Source: an uncultured Clostridia bacterium
GTDB lineage: Bacteria; Bacillota; Clostridia; Christensenellales; UBA1242
Assembly: GCA_947591785.1 (NCBI GenBank)
Contig: CANQDK010000002.1
Span: forward strand, 79,069 to 143,068
Direction: 5' to 3'
DNA length: 64,000 bases
Shown here: positions 20,054-27,791 of the stretch, in pieces
Position numbering within the stretch: position 1 is the stretch's first letter
Layout: each line of letters begins with the position of its first letter
Notes under the pieces: model-generated
Seen by the model: only the letters and a program-made list of their open reading frames with translations
Databases searched by the model: none
What the model was told of the DNA's origin: nothing
Program-made: the position numbers and the translations under genes

Positions 20054-21778
20054 TTACAGTTCCTCCTTTGAAAGTTGCGAAAGGGCGATTTCTTGATAAA
20101 CAGGGCAATTTCTTAACAGCTCGTCATGAGTGCCAATACCAACCATATTCCCATTATCAAGAACAATAATTTTGTCCGCATCTTTTATTGTTCCAATCCT
20201 TTGTGCAACAATCAGTTTTGTGACTTTTTCAGTATGTTTTTTCAAAGCAGAACGAAGTTTTCTGTCAGTCTTATAGTCAAGAGCAGAAAAACTATCATCA
20301 AAAATGAATATTTCAGGGCGTCTTGCAACCGCACGTGCGATTGAAAGTCGTTGTTTTTGTCCACCAGAAACATTAGTTCCTCCCTGAGAAATGGAACTAT
20401 CAACTCCCTTTTCCATTCGGGAAACAAAATTTGACGCCTGAGAAATGGAGAGAGCATTTGCAACAGTGTCGTCAGTCGCATTATTGTCCCCAAAATTTAC
20501 ATTGCTTTTGACAGTTCCTCGAAAGAGGACACCTCGTTGTGGAACGTATCCAATTTTTTTGTTAAGCGAATTTGGTTCGTAGTCCCTAACATCAACACCG
20601 TCAATCAAAACTCTGCCTTCCGTGGCATCATAGAGCCTTGGAATAAGGTTTATTAAAGTGCTTTTACCACTTCCCGTGCTACCAATAAAGGCAACAGTTT
20701 CTCCCTCATTTGCAGTGAATGAAATGTCGTGCAAAACATATTCGTCAGCATCTGGATATTTAAAGGACACATTATCAAAAACCACGCACGCTTTTCCATC
20801 TGGATTATCATCGACAAACTTACCAGGCAAGATACTGTTTGGAGTGTCAAGGACTTCGTTAATTCTCTTAGCAGAAACAAGGGCACGAGGCATAAGGATA
20901 AAAATCATAATCAAGAGCATAAAAGCCATGATAACTTGCATTGAGAAAGACATATATTTTGTGATTGAGCCGATTTCGAGCGGAGATTTGATGATATACG
21001 CACCAATCCAGTTTATAGCAAGGCCAAGTCCACTCATCAAGAGATTCATACCAGGGTTCATAATTCCCATAACTCTGTTTGCGAAGAGTGTGGTTTTAGT
21101 GATTTCGTCGTTACTTTTTTCAAATTTTGCATTTTGGTATTCTTCAGCATTTGAAGCTCTAATAACCCTAATTCCAGTCAAATTTTCTCTAGTGACACGG
21201 TTGATATTATCCATCATAATTTGGATTTTTTTAAATTTAGGCACAGCGAAGCAAACGATAATCAAAACCATAAGCACAAGGACACAAATAACAATTGCAG
21301 TTGCGGTAGTCCATTGCCAGCTGACATTGACAATTTTAGTGATAGTCCAAATCGCCATGATAGGAGCTTTAATGAGAGCTTGCAGTCCCATAGCGATGAA
21401 GAATTGAATATTCATAATATCATTTGTTGTTCGAGTTATAAGGCTTGCGGTTGAGAATTTATTAATTTCTCCGAGAGAAAAATTTTGAATTTTGTCATAG
21501 ACTTTTCTTCTCAAATTGTAAGTCAAACGTGAGGCAATATTAGCGACAAGGAAACCAACCAAGATAGCACTTGCAAGGCTGCCAAAAGCACAAGCAAGCA
21601 TAAGCCCACCATTGACAAGAATGGTGTTCATATTGATTTTTCCCATAATACCGTTGACTAATTTTTCACTATAGGTAGGCAAAGTCAAATCAAGCCAAAC
21701 TTGAAAGACAACCAATCCCAAAATAAGTAGCATAAAAATATAGTCAATTTTTTTTAAATTTTTAAGTAATTTAAACAT
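20054..21778 (-). CDS. ABC exporter, fused permease/ATPase subunit (heterodimer partner A)
   Basis: Walker A GSTGSGKST, signature VSGGQKQRLSIARA, Walker B IFIFDDSFSALD. ATG 21778 lies 5 nt after AGGAG; the track start at 21784 is a GTG. Confidence 0.9.
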   Translation of the reverse strand: MFKLLKNLKKIDYIFMLLILGLVVFQVWLDLTLPTYSEKLVNGIMGKINMNTILVNGGLMLACAFGSLASAILVGFLVANIASRLTYNLRRKVYDKIQNFSLGEINKFSTASLITRTTNDIMNIQFFIAMGLQALIKAPIMAIWTITKIVNVSWQWTTATAIVICVLVLMVLIIVCFAVPKFKKIQIMMDNINRVTRENLTGIRVIRASNAEEYQNAKFEKSNDEITKTTLFANRVMGIMNPGMNLLMSGLGLAINWIGAYIIKSPLEIGSITKYMSFSMQVIMAFMLLIMIFILMPRALVSAKRINEVLDTPNSILPGKFVDDNPDGKACVVFDNVSFKYPDADEYVLHDISFTANEGETVAFIGSTGSGKSTLINLIPRLYDATEGRVLIDGVDVRDYEPNSLNKKIGYVPQRGVLFRGTVKSNVNFGDNNATDDTVANALSISQASNFVSRMEKGVDSSISQGGTNVSGGQKQRLSIARAVARRPEIFIFDDSFSALDYKTDRKLRSALKKHTEKVTKLIVAQRIGTIKDADKIIVLDNGNMVGIGTHDELLRNCPVYQEIALSQLSKEEL

Positions 21779-21944
21779 AAGCACTCCTAAAGCAGACGAA
21801 TTAATATATTATATCTCAAATAATTTTTAATGGCAACAAAAAACGTATTGTTGCAACAAGTTAAAGAGTTAAACTTACCACCAAAGCCAAAATCAAAAAG
21901 AAAGACAACAAGATATAAATATGAAATAAAAAAGCAAAAGTTAC

Positions 21945-21972
21945 ATAAAAAAGAGGAATTTTACACTCCTCT
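21945..21972 (-). terminator. Rho-independent terminator after the 435-aa lipoprotein gene
   Basis: AGAGGA (21952-57) pairs with TCCTCT (21967-72). On the minus strand the hairpin is followed by a T-run (A-run 21947-51 on plus). Confidence 0.5.
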
Positions 21973-21998
21973 TTTAAATTTACAACTTATTCTTCAAT

Positions 21999-23306
21999 TT
22001 ATTCTTCAACTTTGTCAAAACCAGCAGTATTCATTAAAGTTGGAACACGCCCTGTCAAAGGACTAATTGAAAGGAGAAGAACGTTTTCTCTATTATAGGA
22101 TTCAAATTTGGCGAGTTCATCATTAACAAAAGTTATGACATTTTTTAATACCTGTCCATTTTCAGTGAATGTAAGAGTGAAAACTTTTGTGTTGTCAGTT
22201 CTTTCTCTCTGGATTTTCAATTCAGCGTAAGGGTGAGCAATTGAATAAATATTGATGTATTCTGCAATATCAAAATTTTCAAAATCAACATTCAGCGAGC
22301 CTAATTTATAACATAATGCTTTTTCAAGAGCCTGTTTTGCTCTTTGAATTGGAGAGTTGTTTCCAGAAGCAATACTTTCATATTCATTAAAGATTTTATG
22401 AGTCAATTGCGATTCGTCATATTGATAATACAAGAATCCGTTTTCAAACCAAATTTCTTCGTTGCTCACACCTGCGGTTGTGCTGTCTGAAACTGTGAGA
22501 TAGGCAACTTTTGAAACCCCTTCAATAGCAACTTGAGCATTAAATTCAAAGTTACCTTTTGAATAAATCGAATAGCCTGTTGAAGTGAAATTGTTTTCCT
22601 TTCCTGAAATATAGTTTAGAAAATCATCTTTAGTTATGATTGAACCATCTTCATAGTCTGCAAAACTTGGAAAATTTATTTCAGAAGAATAGGTTGAAAT
22701 TGTGATTTTACGGTTGCCAACACTGTATTCTTCAATATTGTTTGTGATAGAAGCAATTTTTTTGTTGATAAACTTAACATTGATAGTTTTCTTTTTAGTC
22801 AAGTCTTTAAGTGAAATTTCAAAATTAACTTCATCATCTTCAACAACTTTTTTTAAGGAGTTTTCATTTCCAATCTTTTCCATTTCTTTAATTTCTGAAT
22901 TAACATAAGGAAAAGCATCACGATGAATATCAAACAAGAAATTGATGTCCTGCCATTCGTCCTCATAAAAAGCCATTTGTTTCTTTTGATTTGTTTGAGA
23001 ATTACTATAATAAATAATGTCGTTTTTTAAATACCATTGTCTTACAACGGTTTGTGAGCCAACCGCTTTGTCTTGTCTAACTGAAAATTGTTGACTGTTG
23101 TCGTTTTTATCAAATGTGAAATAAGCAATCAATCTTTCATTGTCAGAAATGCTTTCATATTTCATAGTGTTAAAAATTGTTGAAACACCTTTACTTTTTG
23201 CATAGTCCCTGAAAGATTCAGAAACGCCACCGCCACAGGCAGTAAGCATCAAACCAAGTCCAATTGTAAAAAATAAGGTTGCACAAATTGTAAAGAATTT
23301 TTTCAT
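21999..23306 (-). CDS. Hypothetical lipoprotein (435 aa)
   Basis: MKKFFTICATLFFTIGLGLMLTACGGG is a signal peptide plus lipobox. A GAGAGGGG SD lies upstream. I recognise no other motif. Confidence 0.7.
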   Translation of the reverse strand: MKKFFTICATLFFTIGLGLMLTACGGGVSESFRDYAKSKGVSTIFNTMKYESISDNERLIAYFTFDKNDNSQQFSVRQDKAVGSQTVVRQWYLKNDIIYYSNSQTNQKKQMAFYEDEWQDINFLFDIHRDAFPYVNSEIKEMEKIGNENSLKKVVEDDEVNFEISLKDLTKKKTINVKFINKKIASITNNIEEYSVGNRKITISTYSSEINFPSFADYEDGSIITKDDFLNYISGKENNFTSTGYSIYSKGNFEFNAQVAIEGVSKVAYLTVSDSTTAGVSNEEIWFENGFLYYQYDESQLTHKIFNEYESIASGNNSPIQRAKQALEKALCYKLGSLNVDFENFDIAEYINIYSIAHPYAELKIQRERTDNTKVFTLTFTENGQVLKNVITFVNDELAKFESYNRENVLLLSISPLTGRVPTLMNTAGFDKVEE

Positions 23307-23424
23307 AGAACCCCTCTCAATTTATTTTAATACATTATATCACAAATTATAAAAAAGTCAATAAAATGTGAGCATAAAAAAATCCTTGCTTTAAGCAAAG
23401 ATTTTTTTTATTTAGAAAGTTTTA

Positions 23425-25029
23425 TTATTCTTCTTCAGCAACAACTTCGTAAACGTTGCCTTCGCCACCTTTTTGTTGTGCCTTATAACCTTGTTTCACA
23501 TAAGTTGATTTGTCATTTGTATTTGGAGTTTCTGGATTAAATTCTGTGAATTCCCCACCAGTAACTTCAATTTTTGTCCTATCAATAGCTTTTGCATTGT
23601 CATATATATTCAAAGCCCAATGATTACTATTTGTTGAATTGAATTTTCCGCCTTTGATTTCGGCAGTTCCATTGCTAACCAAAACAACTTCTGCAACACT
23701 TTCAAATTCTCCACTTTCAATCACAAGATGTCCTGCTCTATCTTCATCTTCAAAGAAAGGTTGAGCACCGACAAGAAAGAGAGCAACAGTTTGGTTTGTA
23801 GAAACAATTTTTCCTGTTTGTTGTGTGTCTTTGATAGTCAATGTTGCACCTGAGCAAATAACAATTTTAGAGTCTGTGCTTAATGTGTGTCCGTTAAGAT
23901 CAAGAGTTATGTTGCTATTTACACTATCAAGTTGAATCATAGAAGTGTTAAAACTTATATTTTTGTCAAGAACAACAGTTTGAGTTTTAGGAGCAGTAAG
24001 AGCCTCTCTAAGGCCAGCTTCTGTTCTTACATGTGCTTTTTCATCTTCATATTTCTTTACAGTATAAGTTGATTGACTGTCTTCAACATAGTAACCATCA
24101 GCAAGATAATCAATTCCACCATTCACGCTTTCTGCTTTGTTGTTTTCTGGGTTAAATCCTTTGAATGTTCCGCCTTTAACAATAATCTTTGCAGTTTTGT
24201 TTTGATAATTTGCATCAAGGCAGTTCAAAACAAAAGTCTTATCTTCTGTTTGAATGTCAAATTCTCCGCCATTGATTGTGCAAATTCCTTTGAAAACATA
24301 AATTGTATGTCCATTTCCACTATATTTTCCACCATCGATTGTCAATTCTCCGCCATCAACATCAACAGCAAAGCAATCATTTTCCTTTGCCACAACTTCA
24401 CCTGTTGTGCCTTTCAATGTCAATTTCCCGCCTTCTTTGACAGAAATAAGAGACCATTTGTCTTGTGAGTGATCTTCAACATCAGTATAAATATCTTTTT
24501 CATTTTTAATTGTATGAGTGTCCAAATCAAGAGTAAATTCTTTATTTACAGCAAAGGTATCTGACAAAACAACATCTCCTGTCAATTTTGCAGATTCGTA
24601 GTGTTCAAGTGCTATTTTAAGCTCTTCCTCGCTTGAAACAAGGGCAACACCACCTTCTTGTTTCAAGTTGACGGTAACTACATATTCTTTTGTGAATGTT
24701 GTGTTTTTGTCAAATTCATAACTTACTGTGACTGTGTAATCTCCAGCTTCTGGAAATTCTTGGCCAAGAGTAACAGTTGTTTGATCTTTAACTGCACTTG
24801 CAGTCACTTTGTCATATTCTTTTTCTTCCAAAGCCTTCTTAGATTTGTTGTCATAAACTCCATTGATTTTCAAACTCTCTTTTGTGAATGTATTTCCTTC
24901 AACAAAAGTTGTGTGAGTGCTTTCGTCAATTTCAATTCCTGTAAGTTTTGGTTCACCACACGCAGTAAGAACAATCCCTCCCACTAAAAGAAAACAAAAG
25001 CAAGCCAAAATTGATAAAATCTTTTTCAT
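23425..25029 (-). CDS. Surface lipoprotein (534 aa) with an Ig-like N-terminal domain and beta-helix-like repeats
   Basis: MKKILSILACFCFLLVGGIVLTACGEP lipobox and an AGGAGG SD. It has repeated G-G-x-(L/F)-T-I/x-G-G segments (GGKLTLKG, GGELTIDGG, INGGEFD, VKGGTFKGF, IKGGKFNS, VTGGEFTEF). Confidence 0.75.
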   Translation of the reverse strand: MKKILSILACFCFLLVGGIVLTACGEPKLTGIEIDESTHTTFVEGNTFTKESLKINGVYDNKSKKALEEKEYDKVTASAVKDQTTVTLGQEFPEAGDYTVTVSYEFDKNTTFTKEYVVTVNLKQEGGVALVSSEEELKIALEHYESAKLTGDVVLSDTFAVNKEFTLDLDTHTIKNEKDIYTDVEDHSQDKWSLISVKEGGKLTLKGTTGEVVAKENDCFAVDVDGGELTIDGGKYSGNGHTIYVFKGICTINGGEFDIQTEDKTFVLNCLDANYQNKTAKIIVKGGTFKGFNPENNKAESVNGGIDYLADGYYVEDSQSTYTVKKYEDEKAHVRTEAGLREALTAPKTQTVVLDKNISFNTSMIQLDSVNSNITLDLNGHTLSTDSKIVICSGATLTIKDTQQTGKIVSTNQTVALFLVGAQPFFEDEDRAGHLVIESGEFESVAEVVLVSNGTAEIKGGKFNSTNSNHWALNIYDNAKAIDRTKIEVTGGEFTEFNPETPNTNDKSTYVKQGYKAQQKGGEGNVYEVVAEEE

Positions 25030-25106
25030 AAAACCTCCTAAATTTTTCTTATGCAGTGATTTTCAATTTATTTCTTTTTTCTTGTTACTCCTGCACTTTC
25101 AAAGTG

Positions 25107-25137
25107 ATTCTAGCATAATGGGGGGGGGTATTGTCAA
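25107..25137 (-). promoter_or_regulatory. Near-consensus promoter with a C9 homopolymer in the spacer (candidate phase-variable promoter of the 534-aa lipoprotein)
   Basis: The minus strand reads TTGACA-ATACCCCCCCCCATTATGC-TAGAAT, with TGC giving an extended -10. The spacer is 19 nt. The G9 run on plus (25120-25128) is the longest G/C run in the window. Confidence 0.55.
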
Positions 25138-25357
25138 ACATTTTATCTAAAAAACAAAACTTTTTTCAATTATTTTTTTACAAGTAAAAATTTTGCAGAA
25201 ACACTCCCCTCCAAATTCAAGCAATCACTGAAAAACTAAACATATTATATGTGAAAACAAACAATTTATACCGCCACTCCCTCCACTTCTTCTCTCATTC
25301 TATATTTTGTTTCTCGCTCTATATTATTGTAAAATTATTATATTTATATATTACTTC

Positions 25358-25387
25358 CCATTTATAAACCAACCATTTATAAACCAA
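25358..25387. repeat. Perfect 15-bp tandem duplication CCATTTATAAACCAA x2
   Basis: Units at 25358-25372 and 25373-25387 are identical. They lie ~115 nt upstream of the Cys/Gly-rich peptide gene. Confidence 0.8.
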
Positions 25388-25501
25388 TTATAAAAACCAC
25401 ACTGAAAATTTTGTCACACTTTTCTTAACTTTAAAATAAATTGATAATGTGCAAACGATTGCACGAAAAGTCGTACATAAGAAATTTTTTAGGAGGCACA
25501 A

Positions 25502-25729
25502 ATGAACTTTTTTGGAGGCTCAAATTGTAGCGAAGTTGGAAATGGTTGCTCTGGCAATGGCGGTTGCGATTGCTGTTCTCTTATCTTCCTTCTTTTGCTC
25601 TTACAAAACTGCGGTTGCGGTGGTGGATTCGGCGGTTTCAAAGGCGGGCAAATCTGCATTGACTGTGAAACACTGCTCCTTTTGATTTTATTGTCTGGCT
25701 TCGGCAATGGCTGTGGTTGTGGCAAATAA
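25502..25729 (+). CDS. Small Cys/Gly-rich hydrophobic peptide (75 aa), resembling tiny-TM YjcZ-type sporulation peptides
   Basis: TTAGGAGGCACAA precedes the ATG and a clean terminator follows. The sequence has 11 Cys and 20 Gly in 75 aa, arranged as G/C-rich, LIFLLLLL, G/C-rich, LLLLILL, GCGCGK. Confidence 0.6.
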   Translation: MNFFGGSNCSEVGNGCSGNGGCDCCSLIFLLLLLQNCGCGGGFGGFKGGQICIDCETLLLLILLSGFGNGCGCGK

Positions 25730-25747
25730 TTTGCAGTTTTGAAAAAC

Positions 25748-25770
25748 TCCCCTGTTTTAGGGGATTTTTT
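25748..25770 (+). terminator. Rho-independent terminator of the Cys/Gly-rich peptide gene
   Basis: TCCCCT (25748-53), a 5-nt loop, AGGGGA (25759-64), then TTTTTT. Confidence 0.7.
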
Positions 25771-26014
25771 CTTTTTGCTTAAACCTAATCCGATTTGAAA
25801 ACATTTTGAAAAAGAACCTATTTTTTTGAATTTTTCGCTAAAAATTTCATTTTTTTTATAATTTTTTGACATTTTTAATCATTTTTTTCTTGATTTTATA
25901 TTATTTTTGTTGTATCATAATATTGTGTTAGGGAATTGTGATTTTTTTACCATGCTCTTCAAATTATATCAAACAAAAATTCAACCATTCCAAAATTCGT
26001 TCAGGAGGAAATTT

Positions 26015-26407
26015 ATGAGTATTCAATCAAAATATGGTTCAGATGCAGAACTTTTATGGAAGGATAGAAAAAGATTCTTCGGCTTGCCTTTGTCTTTCAC
26101 AAGATATAGCCTTGTAAAGAAACCTGGTGCATGGGTTAAACTATTCCTTAATGTTGGATTCCTTTCAAACATGGTTGACGAAATCAACGCATACCGCATC
26201 TGCGACATAAACCTTCGCCAAACTCTCTTAGGAAAAATGTTTAACTACGGAACTGTCACCGTTTTTAGTAGTGATGAAAGCAAACCAACACTCCACCTTC
26301 AAAATATCAAAAATCCATATCAAGTCAGAGATTTGATTTCAAGTGTTGCAGAAGAACAACGCAAACTCAACAATATCCGCATGACAGAATTCCACGCTCA
26401 CGAATAA
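26015..26407 (+). CDS. Bacterial PH-domain (bPH_2/DUF304-like) protein
   Basis: CAGGAGGAAATTT precedes ATG 26015. The stretch ...INAYRICDINLRQTLLGKMFNYGTVTVFSSDESKPTLHLQNIKNPYQVRDLI fits the YdbS/YdbT-type PH-domain pattern. The track ORF starts earlier at 25907. Confidence 0.55.
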   Translation: MSIQSKYGSDAELLWKDRKRFFGLPLSFTRYSLVKKPGAWVKLFLNVGFLSNMVDEINAYRICDINLRQTLLGKMFNYGTVTVFSSDESKPTLHLQNIKNPYQVRDLISSVAEEQRKLNNIRMTEFHAHE

Positions 26408-26567
26408 TAAATTTATAAATTGTTTTCTAATCTAATATTTTTGAATTTAAAGCAAATCAAATCTAAAATCGAACAAAAATTTTGAATCTAAAAATTGAAT
26501 TAAAAATATTTGTATTTAAAAATATGAACAAAAAAACAACTTGAACTCAAAAACAATTTGAATTATA

Positions 26568-26592
26568 AACAGCAAATTTTTGCTGTTTTTTA
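26568..26592 (+). terminator. Rho-independent terminator
   Basis: AACAGCA (26568-74), loop, TGCTGTT (26581-87), followed by a T-run. Confidence 0.55.
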
Positions 26593-26793
26593 TTTTTTTT
26601 ATAATTTGATGCACATTACAAATAGCATTTTATTTAGATTAAATTTACTTCATTGCTTAAAACAATGGCGAATTTATACCCCAATTTTGACGATAATTTT
26701 GACGATAATTTCTTCACAAAATGAGTCACAAACCCATTTTTTGACAAAAAAAGAACACAACATATTGTGTATGTTGCGTTCTTAAACCACTAT

Positions 26794-26869
26794 TGGTGGA
26801 GATGAGCGGATTCGAACCGCTGACCCTCTGCTTGCAAGGCAGATGCTCTACCAACTGAGCCACACCCCC
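26794..26869 (-). tRNA. tRNA-Ala: tRNA-Ala (anticodon UGC), CCA encoded
   Basis: The reverse complement is GGGGGTGTGGCTCAGTTGGTAGAGCATCTGCCTTGCAAGCAGAGGGTCAGCGGTTCGAATCCGCTCATCTCCACCA. It folds as a cloverleaf with anticodon stem TCTGC/GCAGA and loop CTTGCAA. It has the G3:U70 alanine identity pair and a GGTTCGAATCC T-arm. Confidence 0.9.
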
Positions 26870-26961
26870 ATAAATTTGATGCTCTTGCATTTTATCATAA
26901 ATATTCCAAATTGTCAACAAATTTTATAAAAATTATTTATTTTTTATTAATACGTCTTAAA

Positions 26962-26998
26962 AAATAAAAAAAGTGGATTTCTCCACTTTATTTTTTTT
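26962..26998. terminator. Bidirectional hairpin terminator (serves mscL on the minus strand)
   Basis: GTGGA (26973-77) pairs with TCCAC (26982-86), flanked by an A-run upstream and a T-run downstream. Confidence 0.5.
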
Positions 26999-27004
26999 GT
27001 TTGT

Positions 27005-27583
27005 TTATTTTGCTGATTTTGTTTCATTCTGCTTTTTAAGTTCTTCCAAAATTCCAGTCAAAAGTTCTTCTTGTGTTGGCTTTGGTGGTGGTGGAACTTC
27101 TTTTGTTTTTTCACGAAGTTCAAGTGTGGCTTTCTTCACTGCTTCACGGTCATGCATATTCACACCTTGTTCTTTTAAAGTTTTCTTTTCTTCTTTTGTT
27201 GGTTGCCCTTCTGCCGTCTTTTTTGCAAAATTGCGAGCATTCATAACAACTTTCAAAATGATGAAAAGCACAAGTGCAATGAGAAGGAAATCCAAAATTG
27301 CTGTGATAAATGCACCCCAATCAATATAGATTGTATGCGACCAGTCAATCACCTGTTTAGCTTCATCAAGATATGCTGGTTCGCCCAATATTGTGTAAGC
27401 ACTTTCAAGTCCACCTGCACCTGCAAGTGCCCAATTGATTAATGGCATCAAAATTTTGTTTGTGAGAGCTGTGACAATTGCACTGAAAGCTCCGCCGATG
27501 ATAACACCAACAGCAAGGTCAAGAACATTTCCTCTTGAAATAAAAGCTTTAAAATCAGCAAAGAATTTTTTTATTCTGCTCAT
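27005..27583 (-). CDS. mscL: Large-conductance mechanosensitive channel MscL (long form with extended loop and C-terminal tail)
   Basis: [49 protein letters not shown] is the canonical MscL N-terminus/TM1. AGGAG lies upstream of ATG 27583; the track start is 27616. Confidence 0.85.
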   Translation of the reverse strand: MSRIKKFFADFKAFISRGNVLDLAVGVIIGGAFSAIVTALTNKILMPLINWALAGAGGLESAYTILGEPAYLDEAKQVIDWSHTIYIDWGAFITAILDFLLIALVLFIILKVVMNARNFAKKTAEGQPTKEEKKTLKEQGVNMHDREAVKKATLELREKTKEVPPPPKPTQEELLTGILEELKKQNETKSAK

Positions 27584-27758
27584 ATATTTTCTCCTACTTT
27601 CAATATGATAAAACAATTTAAATTAAAAAGCAAATAATTTTTATTATTTTTTAATTAAAATTTTAAAAAATGACTTTATTTTTCAAACAACCTTAAAAAG
27701 AAAATTAAAAATGTTTCTGTTTTTACTATTCTTTTAATCTTCATAAAATTCTCACTCT

Positions 27759-27782
27759 AAAAAAGATGGATTTTCTCCATCT
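27759..27782 (-). terminator. Rho-independent terminator after the 668-aa lipoprotein gene
   Basis: AGATGGA (27764-70) pairs with TCCATCT (27776-82). A minus-strand T-run follows (A-run 27759-63 on plus), 10 nt after the stop. Confidence 0.6.
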
Positions 27783-27791
27783 TTTCTAATA

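Noticed and set aside
20658-21407. 249-aa plus-strand ORF antisense to the ABC transporter gene
   Set aside because: The minus-strand frame carries unmistakable ABC TMD/NBD motifs. The antisense ORF is Ser/Ile/Leu-rich with no start context.
21830-22066. 78-aa Lys-rich plus-strand ORF between the ABC operon and the lipoprotein gene
   Set aside because: It spans a terminator hairpin (21952-21972), overlaps the 3' end of the convergent lipoprotein gene, and has no SD.
25489-25872. 127-aa Pro-rich minus-strand ORF (...PPNPPPQPQ...) overlapping the Cys/Gly-rich peptide gene
   Set aside because: It is the antisense shadow of the GGC/TGC-rich plus-strand gene (Gly/Cys codons read as Pro/Ala/Gln). 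It has no SD, whereas the plus-strand ORF has AGGAGG and a terminator.
26726-26920. 64-aa minus-strand ORF
   Set aside because: It is entirely explained by tRNA-Ala (26794-26869): the ORF reads straight through the tRNA sequence.
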